DNA of 59,352 nucleotides, filler included, from Dirinaria sp. TL-2023a (Eukaryota): assembly GCA_051941275.1 (NCBI GenBank). It is 4 parts of 4 records of this genome, joined end to end, with 100 filler letters (N's around TTAATTAATTAA, not from the genome) between each part and the next. Parts side by side here need not be neighbours in the genome. Positions count along the whole stretch, not along the records: positions 44,607 to 59,352 come from JAVEBF010000585.1; 3 more parts are not named here. One strand, given 5' to 3'. A program made the translations under genes and the position numbers. Positions 48,101 through 59,352 of this stretch are shown here, piece after piece. Within the stretch, counting starts at the first letter, position 1. Each line of letters starts with the position of its first letter. The notes below the pieces were generated by a model. It did not search any database and had not been told where the DNA came from. It saw only the letters and a list, made by a program, of their open reading frames with translations.

Positions 48101-50372
48101 GTCGGTTCACTGTCTCCCTTGTCCAATACCTTGTCAACATAACCCCCCATATCGGTGATTCGTTCTGCTTGTACAGCCACTTTAGGCTTTTCAGCAGTTG
48201 TTCGAACTTCTGAGCTAGTTCGTAGCATTGACAAAGAAGAACCATCATAGCCAAGTTCATAAGTGCTCTCGACACCATCAATACTACCCTCGGAAGGTTG
48301 CTCGTGCTCTTCCTGATACAAGTCTTCATTGAGATCTTTGTGCTCTTGAGGGGGACTCGCTTGCGGCGTCTGGTTTGGTGGTGGTCCATCCATGATGATT
48401 ACGTCACTGTCAGAACTTGCAGCATCCGAAGCCTCTTCCTCTCCGTAATCCTCAACATCCTCAACCTCATCGAGTCCCTCTATGTCTCCTTCTGACATGT
48501 ACTCTTCTTCCAACATATCGTCATCATAATACACTTGTTGTTCCAAAGCTTCGTCTTCGTCGTCTTCTTCTTCGTCTTCGCCTTCGTCTCCCAGGAAGTC
48601 GCCCATTTCTGGGTCCTCGTTTTCTTCATCATAAAAGCCGCTTTCTTTCGATGGAGGGCTACGACTTGAGCGCGGTTGTACTGGTGAGGAAGATGACAAT
48701 TCAATCACTTCAGGCGAATCATCTTTGTTTTGCATTTGATCATGATGCTCTTCCTCCTCCTCACTCACGACTTCCGAAACCTCAAACTCGTCGTCATGAC
48801 GTAACCGATCCTCGTCCTCCTGCTGAACAAGTGAATAGCTCTGCTCCCTGAAGCCGTTGTACCCTATATCTAACCCGTATTCTTCTTCCTTTTGATCTTC
48901 TTCCTTTTGATCTTCTTCTTGTTCTTCTTCTTCTGCTTCTTCTTCTTCTTCTTCTTCTTCTTCATCAACATTAAGAATGACGCGCTGCTTTTCTTTCTCA
49001 TGATATCTTTCATCAATCATAGTCCCTCCTGGTCCCTTAAGCAAGCCATCTGCGTCCGCCACGCTGCGAAGAGTTCTATCTAGATTCGTAGGTTTATACG
49101 GCAGCTGCGGGCCAATGTCCGTAGTGTTGGATGTGCCAGCTTGTGCATCTGATACATAGGTGCTAGTTGCCATCCTATCTGGCTCAAAAACTGCATTAGT
49201 CTCTTGCGGAATGATTCTCTTGATACCAAACCTAGCACCCCGGGCTTCCGGCGCTTCGTGTACTAAGGACTGTTCGTCCTTCCGTCGCTCCTGCACAAAG
49301 GCCTCTTCTGCGGGTTTGCCAGAGCTCTCTTCATCAGTTGATTCAGGTATCTGCTGGTCGGATAGATCAGCTTGGGCATCTGTAGCATTCGTCTGCTTTG
49401 CTAAACTATCGCCGTCAGGGCCCTCCTGATCTTGCGCACGATCAAAGTTTGGACTGCACCGCTGCTCCTCGATGACGACGTGCGCTTGTTCTTCAGATCG
49501 CGCTGGAGGTGTTAAAGCTGGACTCGGTAGCTTTTGCTGTTGCTGCAAAGCTAGAAGACGACTCTCCTCTTCGATCTGCTTCTGTGCTTCTTCTTCAACT
49601 TGATCTTCGATCATAGAATCTGGTTCTAGGATCGGACTGGGTGTCCTGTCGGCAAATCGCCACTCAGCACTCTTTCTACCAAACTTTGTTCTCTTGGTAG
49701 GACTGGTCTCTCGATGACCGCCCTCGTCTTCGAACGGGTCGTATACCGGATTCAGATATGGAGTAGATGAAGGTGCCTTCCGTTTCAGGAACGCTGGTGA
49801 TGACCATGCTTGAGCACCGCTATTAAGATAGGGCCGAGTCTGCCCAAGAACAGAAACGCTAGGTAGGAGCGGAGATGACTGAGCTACTGGCGAAGGAGGT
49901 TTGCGCGTTTGTGGTGAAACCGGGGGATGATCGACGTCAATGAGGACGGGTTCCTCGCCCTCACGGTGAATCTGCTCGAAGCCCGCAATAAGCTGTAATT
50001 CCTAGTGAAACGGCGTAATGTCCATACTTGCAGCACCGCGCGTTCCCCAAAGCTAAGTTCCCAATCAATACCCTTTCCCGGCGTCTTCTCCCTCGAATCG
50101 TCTCTTGTCCATTGAACATCTTGCAAGCTCAACAGCAATCGATCTCCACTCTTGATCCCAGCTCTTGCTACAGCCTTCGCGCTCCCTCCGGTAAAGCTTA
50201 TCCGTGCTTGTCCCTTCTGACGACGGAGTCGGAAATCGGGTTCGACGAGCAGTAAGGCGAAGGATTTCTGCGATGCAGAGTAGGGCCATATCAGTGTGAC
50301 TATCCCGGCGACTGAGCGACCATCCAGCTCAATTGAGGGTTCAAGCTGCGCAATTGGTACGTTGTTTGCCAT
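45151..50372 (-). CDS. Large protein with N- and C-terminal OB-fold-like domains (C-terminal Pot1/Cdc13 Telo_bind-like) and a very long acidic disordered linker. Exons 50372-50028, 49971-45151 (~1721 aa)
   Basis: N-terminus VPIAQLEP...GIVTLIWPYS...LLLVEPDFRLRRQKGQARISF; C-terminus GFRTSLSYYAPL...GPKDYHTTLYITDPS...ARIFRP...PIPGDAVLLRNFRV...STESSAWALF, resembling the Pot1 OB1 pattern; intron GTATGG...CAG joins the frames. Confidence 0.78.
47428..47505. repeat. (TTC)26 trinucleotide repeat encoding poly-Glu on the minus strand
   Basis: Read directly; lies within the 45151-50372 CDS. Confidence 0.95.
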
Positions 50373-50796
50373 GGCGACTCTACATGTGTCACGGTCATGT
50401 GTGTAAAATAATGTTGGTGTCAACTTTGTCACGAGTATTCACATTGCTATCTGCTGTCGCGCACTCCAAACATGGTCGTCGTTAGCTCGGAACACCAGGT
50501 AGTGAGTGGCGCCTTCGACGGACAGGGAATCCGCAGTCCACAAAGGCCGGCAAGCCGGGCCGGCAATTCTCCTGCCGTCATACCTGTAGGTACTTGTAGG
50601 GCTGAGCTTTCCTGCTGTACGTACTCGTATCATTTCGCAATAAATATCTATACGTTCATCATTTTTGTAGACCTTGTAAGATAGTTTTCATGTTCACTCT
50701 GCAAGCCCACAAAAAAGATCGATTTCACGATTTCTGATTTCCCCATTTCTTGTTGGATTCTCATCCCGTCTTGCATGCCTCTCCGAGTAATCCATC

Positions 50797-52555
50797 ATGC
50801 CTTCTTTTCAAGACGGAGCTATCAAAAAAATTGCCATCATTGGGGCTGGCCCTGGAGGGGCTGCCACCGCAAAGTAGGGATACACAATCTTTTTTTGCGG
50901 CCACTGCGTGGCAACATGCAATGTTATTCTCGTTTGAAGCATCGGCCAGTTAACCATCCAGCGTTCTCGGATAACGGTTGTCTGTATTAGAATCTCTGAG
51001 ACTGCTATTGTAAGACAGCAAATATCTTGCACGTTGCACCAAAAAAGGACGCCTCTTTTGGTGAATGATTATTGCTGTATTTGTTGATATTTTCTGTCCG
51101 ACAGCTATCAATTATCTTATACTTGTTGCTATTGTGTTCCTAACCTGGCAATCATTCAGGTATCTGCTTTCCACTTCCCGCTTCTCCACGATAGATATAT
51201 ATGAGCAACAAGCCTGCACAGGCGGAGTATGGAATTACACCCCCAATAGCCCAAGGGACACCATCTCCATTCCACAAGTCGACCCCAACATACCTGCGTC
51301 CGAGCCCACATGGCAAAATGGCAGACCAGTCTTCTCGACTCCAATGTACGACTACCTCGAAAGCAACATCCCGCATAGCATAATGGCATATACAACCGAC
51401 GCCACCTTGACCAACAACCAGCTCTTCCCACGGCATGAATGGATACTTGATTATCTACAGCGCTACGCCGAACCTATCAATCACCTCGTCAAATTCTCTA
51501 CAATTGTGACAGGAGTATATCTGCAGGAAAACCCCGCCAGAACCACTCACAAGCGCTGGCACCTGAAAGCCACCCACCTACCCTCGTCTCAAACTATCAC
51601 TGCGAACTACGACGCCATTATCGTTGCTAGCGGGCACTACTCTGTCCCCTATATTCCCTCGATACCCGGCCTCGCCGCTTGGAACAGCAGCTACCCAGAC
51701 CGTATCGATCACTCGAAGCACTATCGCAACCCGTCCTCTTACACCTCGAAACGCACGCTCCTCATAGGTGCTTCAGCATCCGGACTCGACATTGCGAACC
51801 AAATCTCGTCCACGTGTTTGTCCCCCTTACTACTATCACACCACTCACCACCTTCTTCCTCGTCCATCACCATGGCCGATAAAATCCGGGATCTTCCCCC
51901 AATAGCCACCTTTCTTCCCCCCTCGAGCGGTCACAGGCGCGCTGTCCGCCTCAGCACCGGCGAAATCATAGACTCGATCGACAAAATTCTCTTCTGCACC
52001 GGCTACCACTACTCCTTACCTTTCCTTTCCTCGCTCTCACCAACGCTGATCACGACCGGTGAACGCATCCATGGACTCTACGAACACATCTTCTGGCAAC
52101 CGGAGCCAACACTAGCCTTCGTAGGTGTACCGTTTAAAATCATTCCTTTCCCCACCGCGGAAGGGCAAGCCACCGTGATCGCGAGGGTATGGGCTGGCCA
52201 GCTTCCCTTACCGCCTCAGTCCTATATGCAGCGCTGGGAGCGGGAGCGTGTGACGGCGAAAGGAGGGAAGGAGAGGAAATTCCATGAGATGCCTGATCTG
52301 GAAGATTTTGATTATCTGAATAGGTTGGTGGATTGGGCTTGCCAGGCAGGACAAGTGGAGGGGATGATACCACGCAAATGGGATGAGCGGGATTATTGGG
52401 CCAGGAAGCGGTTTCCAGCAATCAGAAAGGCCCTTGCGGGGATGGGTGAAGCGAGGCGAGGGGTCAGAAGCCTGGAGGCGTTGGGGTTTGATTATGAGAA
52501 GTGGAAGAGGGAGCAAGAACAGAAAGACGGAGTGAAGGAGAGAGCGGTGTTATAG
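50797..52555 (+). CDS. FMO1: Flavin-containing monooxygenase (thiol-specific Fmo1 type). Exons 50797-50873, 51160-52555 (~490 aa)
   Basis: IAIIGAGPGG FAD motif in exon 1; GGVWNY, TPMYDYLESNIP, ASGHYSVP, IDHSKHYR (FMO motif), IGASASGLDI, FCTGY. Confidence 0.9.
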
Positions 52556-52987
52556 AAGTTTAAGAATTTTGTTGAGGACCTAGCACTGATTTGGTGTTTT
52601 GCAACCTCTACGGACAGAGCTTTTGGCCACGTGCTAACGCACATCGATGGAGAGAGGTAGGTAGCTTACAGATCCCGCCTTTTTTTAGTGCGGTGGGTTT
52701 GGCTCGATTCAGAAACTGCTCGACACATGATTATCGAGTCCAACGGTCATCATTCATGAGTCAAGAAGTCAGCACTAGCATCGCGATGGCGAGTTTGGAA
52801 ATAGCGTCTATCAACGTCCAAAGGGAGCCTATTTTAATTGACCGTCAAAGTAGGTCTATTGGCATGATCGACGCGGCAGACCAAAGCGACGATCAGAATG
52901 CAGTCGTGGCAATCCTGCAAACCTTAGTCATGGGTTACAAGAGATTAAGGCTTTGTCAAACAGACTTACCATCTGCACACTCGCCCT

Positions 52988-54005
<1,018 letters not shown>

Positions 54006-57000
54006 TCAATTGGGTGGGAGTACGTACAAATACTATGTGCTATGAGAAGAGCAATGAACAGAAGCAAGAAGAGGAAGAAGAAGGGTGAAGACTTTAAGTA
54101 GATGTTGAGGTGTGAAAAAACCCAATAGCATTTCAGCGGGGTTGGCAGGGCCTCAGGGCCTTCCTGACTTTACTCTGCTACCACTCTGCCCCACCATCTC
54201 CTCGGCGAGGCGGCTAAAATGGAAGTGGCATAAGGCGCCTGCCGGTGGGTGTGTCAGCAGGAAGGAAGCGTCCAGTCGCCGCCAATCACGAGCCTCGGTC
54301 GGCAACCACGGGCCGACTTCTCCCTTCTAGATCTCTCCGCTTTTATCATCTCAGCAGCGCGTAATCAGATGCCTCAACTCCCTGGTATGCGTTATCAAAC
54401 TTTGAATCAGCAACAATTGGCCAGGTAAAAGGATCTCATGCCCGCAATGGCCCGAGGAATAACCAATTATGCCGCTGACCTAATGGATGGCCATGCTAAC
54501 AATGCATTGGCGAAAGGAATACCTTATTGAACTTGGGATCATTGGACGGGAGGCCTTGCACATATCTTTTTAACTAAGTTGCAGTGGAAAAAGCATCGTA
54601 TGGTAACGCTAGAAGTATTGATCTGAAGTCAATCTTCGCGGCTTTTTTTCTACTCGCCACCAAGACCAGATCCCCGCATAGCCTTTGCATTACGGGACAT
54701 GCCTCAGGCCAAAATAGGTGGGGGCACGCACAAGGCTTAATGCCAAGGCTTCAAATGCCTGCGACGCTACGAATCTGGCGAACGCATCGCTAAGGTCCCT
54801 AGGCTCGAAGAAGCTGGTGTCGAGGTCGATGTGAAAGCTTCTCTACCTTGCCTTATCACCAATATCGCCTCTATGGCCATGGCTAACAATGTCATCGGCT
54901 TGACGGTTTGAAGAACCAAGTGACGGGACCTTACGGAATCTAGTCCACTCCGTTTCAAGTACCTTTCATCTTTGAGTTCCATGACTTGCAGCCGTGCGTG
55001 AAGAGAGTATTCGTTTACTCTTCACTCCATTTCGTCACTTGGTCAAATAGCACTGCGCAGATACTCACTTACTGCAGGCTCAGTTGTATGCAAGATTGAG
55101 AACCTTGCCAGCTGTGCAAGAATCGGCCATTGGATCGCGCCATTCGAGCAGCTAATGTAGAAAGACTAAGGACTGTCTCTTAAAGCCAAGTTAAGTCCAG
55201 CGAAAATCAGCATATTGAGAAACCTATAAGAAGGCGTTGGAGACATTAAGGCAATAATCAAGCAGTAGTTGGGGTGCCCTCGGCTTTAGCTCTACTACTT
55301 ATAGTTTAAAGACCAATTGAAGAGACGCCGTTACGACATTGTCACCAACAGACAAAGTCTGTGCCGTTTTAGTGAATCGATGCAGTTCATCTGTTAGCGG
55401 TGTAATCCGTGGCAAGCGTTACCTCGACCTGAGTCCTTGTATCCGACAGGCCACCAAACGCGCATGACATGGTTATATTGGTCTGAACTCAAAAATCGCA
55501 AAAGAAGAGAAGGATCATGCCTAATGCGCATATTTCTCAGCACCAGGAGTTGAGCCGTCCCTCAATTACCACATTATTAAATACACAAGCATTAGCTTAC
55601 GCTAGCCGCCAAGGAGTCGAACATATTTAGTGAAAAATTCTACTAGGAATGCAAGATTACTTCCGCCTCTCAAACGCTACCTATATCATGACTCTAGGGG
55701 CCTAGCGCTGGGGTGCTACTGTGACCAGGTGCCACAACTTGCAGCTCTGTGCGAGCCTTCACAAATCAATAACCTCATATGGCTTTGGTTATAGGTGACG
55801 TCTCACATCTTCATAATCAGCCCTCAAGCGGTCGTCTACAAGTCATTAAAGCCTAGACTAGAATTAAACAACTCGACGTTCTCAGGAAATGTTCTTATTT
55901 TAGCTCTAGCAAGTTGCCATTTCAAAACGTGGAAGAACAGACTCTCAGGACTTGGGTTAACCCTTATTTCAACAGCGCAGCAGTGGCATCACTTATTCCA
56001 ACGATAATCATTCATTATGAAGCTGGCAATATCGCTGTCACTAACGCTAGCTCCCGGACGAGGGCTTATGACACTTGCATTGATATCAGCACCTTCAACG
56101 GGATCCGCAGAAGAATTACAGTTCACGCATGCTCCATGTAACTTTCGGCAGACAATTCAGATTTTTGAATAGCTCGTTTACGGGATGGTGAACAAAAGAG
56201 ATGTTCTGGCGCTAACAGACACGCCTACAGACTGGCCATAGCTTCGCATCAGCTCATACGACTCGTCTATCTTTAGCCTTTTACCACAGTCGTTCATTTG
56301 GTTGCTGAAACTTTGCTGGTTGAAATTGCGAGATTGGCAAGCTTGGCCCGTGTCTTAGGCAATTATGCCCGATTCCCTCCATAAATCGATCCATATCTAA
56401 TACCATATTTCAGATGTACAATTTACAGATACTTTTCCCACCATCATACAATAGCTCTCTTCCCTTTTGAATTTCGATCATCTTCATCATCATCATCCTC
56501 CTCCTCATTCTCTCCCATTCATCTCCCGATACGCTACCAATAATAGCATCGCCGTCACTCTTTTGGGGTCCTCAAATGTTTGAAGCTCACCTCACGGTTA
56601 TTGCTAATCTCGCCAATTCCTTATACGTTTGATACGGCCCGTGTCTTGCTGCTACCGTCTTCACATTATAGCTCCAGTCAACCACGACAAAGCCGTACGT
56701 TCTGATAACGAAAACAATGAGCTATCTTTCATGCTAGTAAATCCCCAGCCTCATAGCTGATTATAATAAGCTGTAATCTATACTATCAATCATGACTTTC
56801 GCTAGCTCACACAAGAGCTGTTTCCTCAACCGAATTAATACCACGAATGGGTTCTCAAATCCACGTCTCGAGCCTTTCAAATGAATACTATAAAGACCAA
56901 ATTCTATGACGTTGCACAGACAGGAAACCGACTTCATAAAGAAAACACAGATGGTAGGAATCATATGAAAATCAGTGTTTCTTCAATTCTAGTTCCATCA

Positions 57001-57961
57001 AATCTTGGTTACCCGCAGTCCAACAAAGCAATCTCTTATTTTACATACTGCACAATGTAAGCCAACCAAAGCAGAAAAAGATTGTCAAATCGGCAAGAGT
57101 ACAGCAGTCCAGTAGCAGGTCAAAATTCAGTTTCCCGCTCCAAAGCCACGGCAGTCAGTTGAGTTTGCAGCTGGTGATAGATTGGTCATCCGCTCTACAA
57201 GGCCGACTCTATAGGCATTCCACGCTGGAGTCTGAGCTATTGGAAATCGACAGTTCGGCAAGCCGACACTTGATTCGCACCAGCCAAGCCCTTAGTGTTA
57301 CGCTATAAGATAGCTATTGGGCAACTATGCTCGAAGAATCTTCGATGACCAGAAAGAAACAAGCAAGTCTTGTAGCAATTCACAGCGTTATGTCGAATTT
57401 TTAGTGATATCTTCGAAACGCCACTGATACGAATGTATAAACACTGCGTTGCAGGCAATAGGATTCCAGGATAAGGGAAATCCGAGTCTATATCCTGAAT
57501 TTATACAGCCTTCAAAAGATTGGAGTTTCCAGAACGGCTCAGAAACTAACCCTTCACACATTGGAGACTATTAGAGCTAGCTCGAAGAGTCGTCTCAGGC
57601 GACCAGATTGCGCAGATCTCGGTACTAATAACTGATCAGGAATCTCTATTCAAGAGACCTTCACTAAGAAGGCAATAATGCTAGCGCCAATGTGGCCCTA
57701 AGGGCGCAATTACTTGATATAAAGCAATTCATGGTGGCACGCAAACAATCCTTTCGACAAGATCATATGTACACTCGACATCTACATTCTTACTGACCGT
57801 AATTCTCTTGTTTTATCTCTGTCGCCGGCGTTCTGAATATCTCCGAGTCCTCAGTCGCTCCGTCTCCCTGAGCGTATCGCAGGAGGTGAGATTTTCCAAT
57901 CTCAGCATTAATTTCTTCAATACCGCCAGCTCGTCAGTGCTCGGTGAGATTTTATCTCGCT

Positions 57962-58480
57962 ATGTCTACTCAAGCAAACAAATCTTCTCGGCAAGGGGAT
58001 TCTGCTCCGAGTAAGGCGTTTAAAAGGCTGGATTCCAAAAGAAGCAGGAGTTATGGAGAGTTGACAACGATCTACGAGAGCTCACCTTGTACTATCAGGA
58101 CGTGAGCTCATGATATACTTCGCCGTTCTGGGAGATGGTTGCGGAGCTGGAACATAAGCTGGAGCAAGCTATCGCCGAGAAAACTAAAGCAATGATTGAG
58201 AAAGAGGGTTGCTCTCAAGTGGCTGCATTCTCACAACCTGCGCGCGGCCAGAGCGCTTGTGACCGTCAGACCTGATAATACTGAAAGCACGGAAATTGGC
58301 GCATTGATAGGACGAATGCTTCCCATCACAATGGACATCGTAAAGTCCATGCGCATGCACATTCCATGATCAAAAAGACGTGTCTCATATTTTACCCAGA
58401 AGATCACACTCACGTTTCCTGATGGAAAATATAAGGAGCAACGACATTGTGATACTCTTGATTAAAGACTTAGTAGAAAG
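57962..58480 (+). pseudogene. Degenerate coding relic with coiled-coil-like fragments
   Basis: Protein-like fragments in shifting frames: QKKQELWRVDNDLRELTLYYQDVSS*, FWEMVAELEHKLEQAIAEKTKAMIEKE, RALVTVRPDNTESTEIGALIGRMLPITMDIVKSM. No intact ORF. Confidence 0.3.
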
Positions 58481-59352
58481 GTAAATTTTCTGACGCTCAA
58501 CAATGGGTCCTATACCTCTAGCTTGCATTACGCTGTATTGACCATTAATATGTTTCAAAAGTCTTCTCGACTGACAAGTTACCGAGTTCGCAAATGATCA
58601 TGTTGACAGGACTATCTTCCTAGTTGCCTTATTCTTGTCTTCCAGCTGCTCTTAGATCATCTGATCTTTTCTCGAGAGTCCTCAGAGACAATCGGAGACA
58701 CTGTTCAATCAGACCTATTCTTTGCGTTCTGGTTGAAACCTTATGATTCATGAAGCACTAATACAACGTCAAAAAACCTAACAGCTCTTTTCTCAAGAAT
58801 AAACAAAAGGCAAAATTCGAAAGCTTTTTCCACTAATCAGGAATTCTGTTCATGAGCCGCCAACGCTTGCTGACAACATATAAAGGGGGCTCACTACCTC
58901 AGGATCTATACCGGCGTCTCAAAGCACTCTATTATATCACTTACACAGTCAAGTAAACCGTCAATACAAACATGACTCTCCCAAGTCTGGCTATCTATTC
59001 TCCGTCCCAATGAACAAATCCCTTTTATCCAAGCTAGCCCGCTTTCATTCAATCGTATTCTAGATCCAACAAAGAAAATAGTCGTGCCACTTCAAGGATT
59101 GACAGGCAACGAAGCACGAAAGAAGATCTGAGAAGAACATGAAGATCCGACGAATGACTACTTACTGAGCTTTAGAAACAATTACGCGAATATGCTGACC
59201 AACAAAAAGAAACCGACGAGACATCGCGCAGGCACGAAAATGTGCCACGGATGAGAACATCAGTGTTGCTAATCCAAAGTTGTTCAATTGAGGCGCTGTC
59301 GATGCCAATAATCTATCCCAGGATGCAATTCAACTATTGATCACCTCCTATC

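Overview
Eukaryotic genomic DNA from a filamentous ascomycete (Pezizomycotina). This rests on short GT-AG introns with CTRAC/CTAAY branch sites and on the gene set; Eurotiomycete or lichen-fungus affinity is only an impression. Bases 1-37 kb and 45-54 kb are a dense housekeeping block: TGL2-like lipase (3' part), AIF-like Rieske oxidoreductase, alpha-arrestin, a small Cys/His protein, TinA/Msd1, Nup85, Leu5 carrier, DDB1, Pol III subunit Rpc5/C37, Clp1, peroxisomal Lon, cytidine deaminase (partial), Vps10, HapB, a large two-OB-fold Pot1/Cdc13-like protein, FMO and an NADP mannitol/L-xylulose SDR. Bases 39-44 kb and 54-59 kb are accessory or decaying DNA, with a frameshifted PTH11-like receptor and stop-riddled ORF relics. 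Three 100-nt scaffold gaps carry an artificial TTAATTAATTAA spacer. The most unusual item is a ~160-nt, highly structured, tRNA-like but non-cloverleaf Pol III-type RNA gene (23513-23672, minus strand) between the Rpc5 and Clp1 genes. Others are long introns that fold into rod-like hairpins, a single extra repeat unit in a (TC)7 tract that breaks the PTH11-like gene, and an intergenic TACCTTA motif. Exon boundaries and RNA folds were derived by eye; no searches or folding programs were run.
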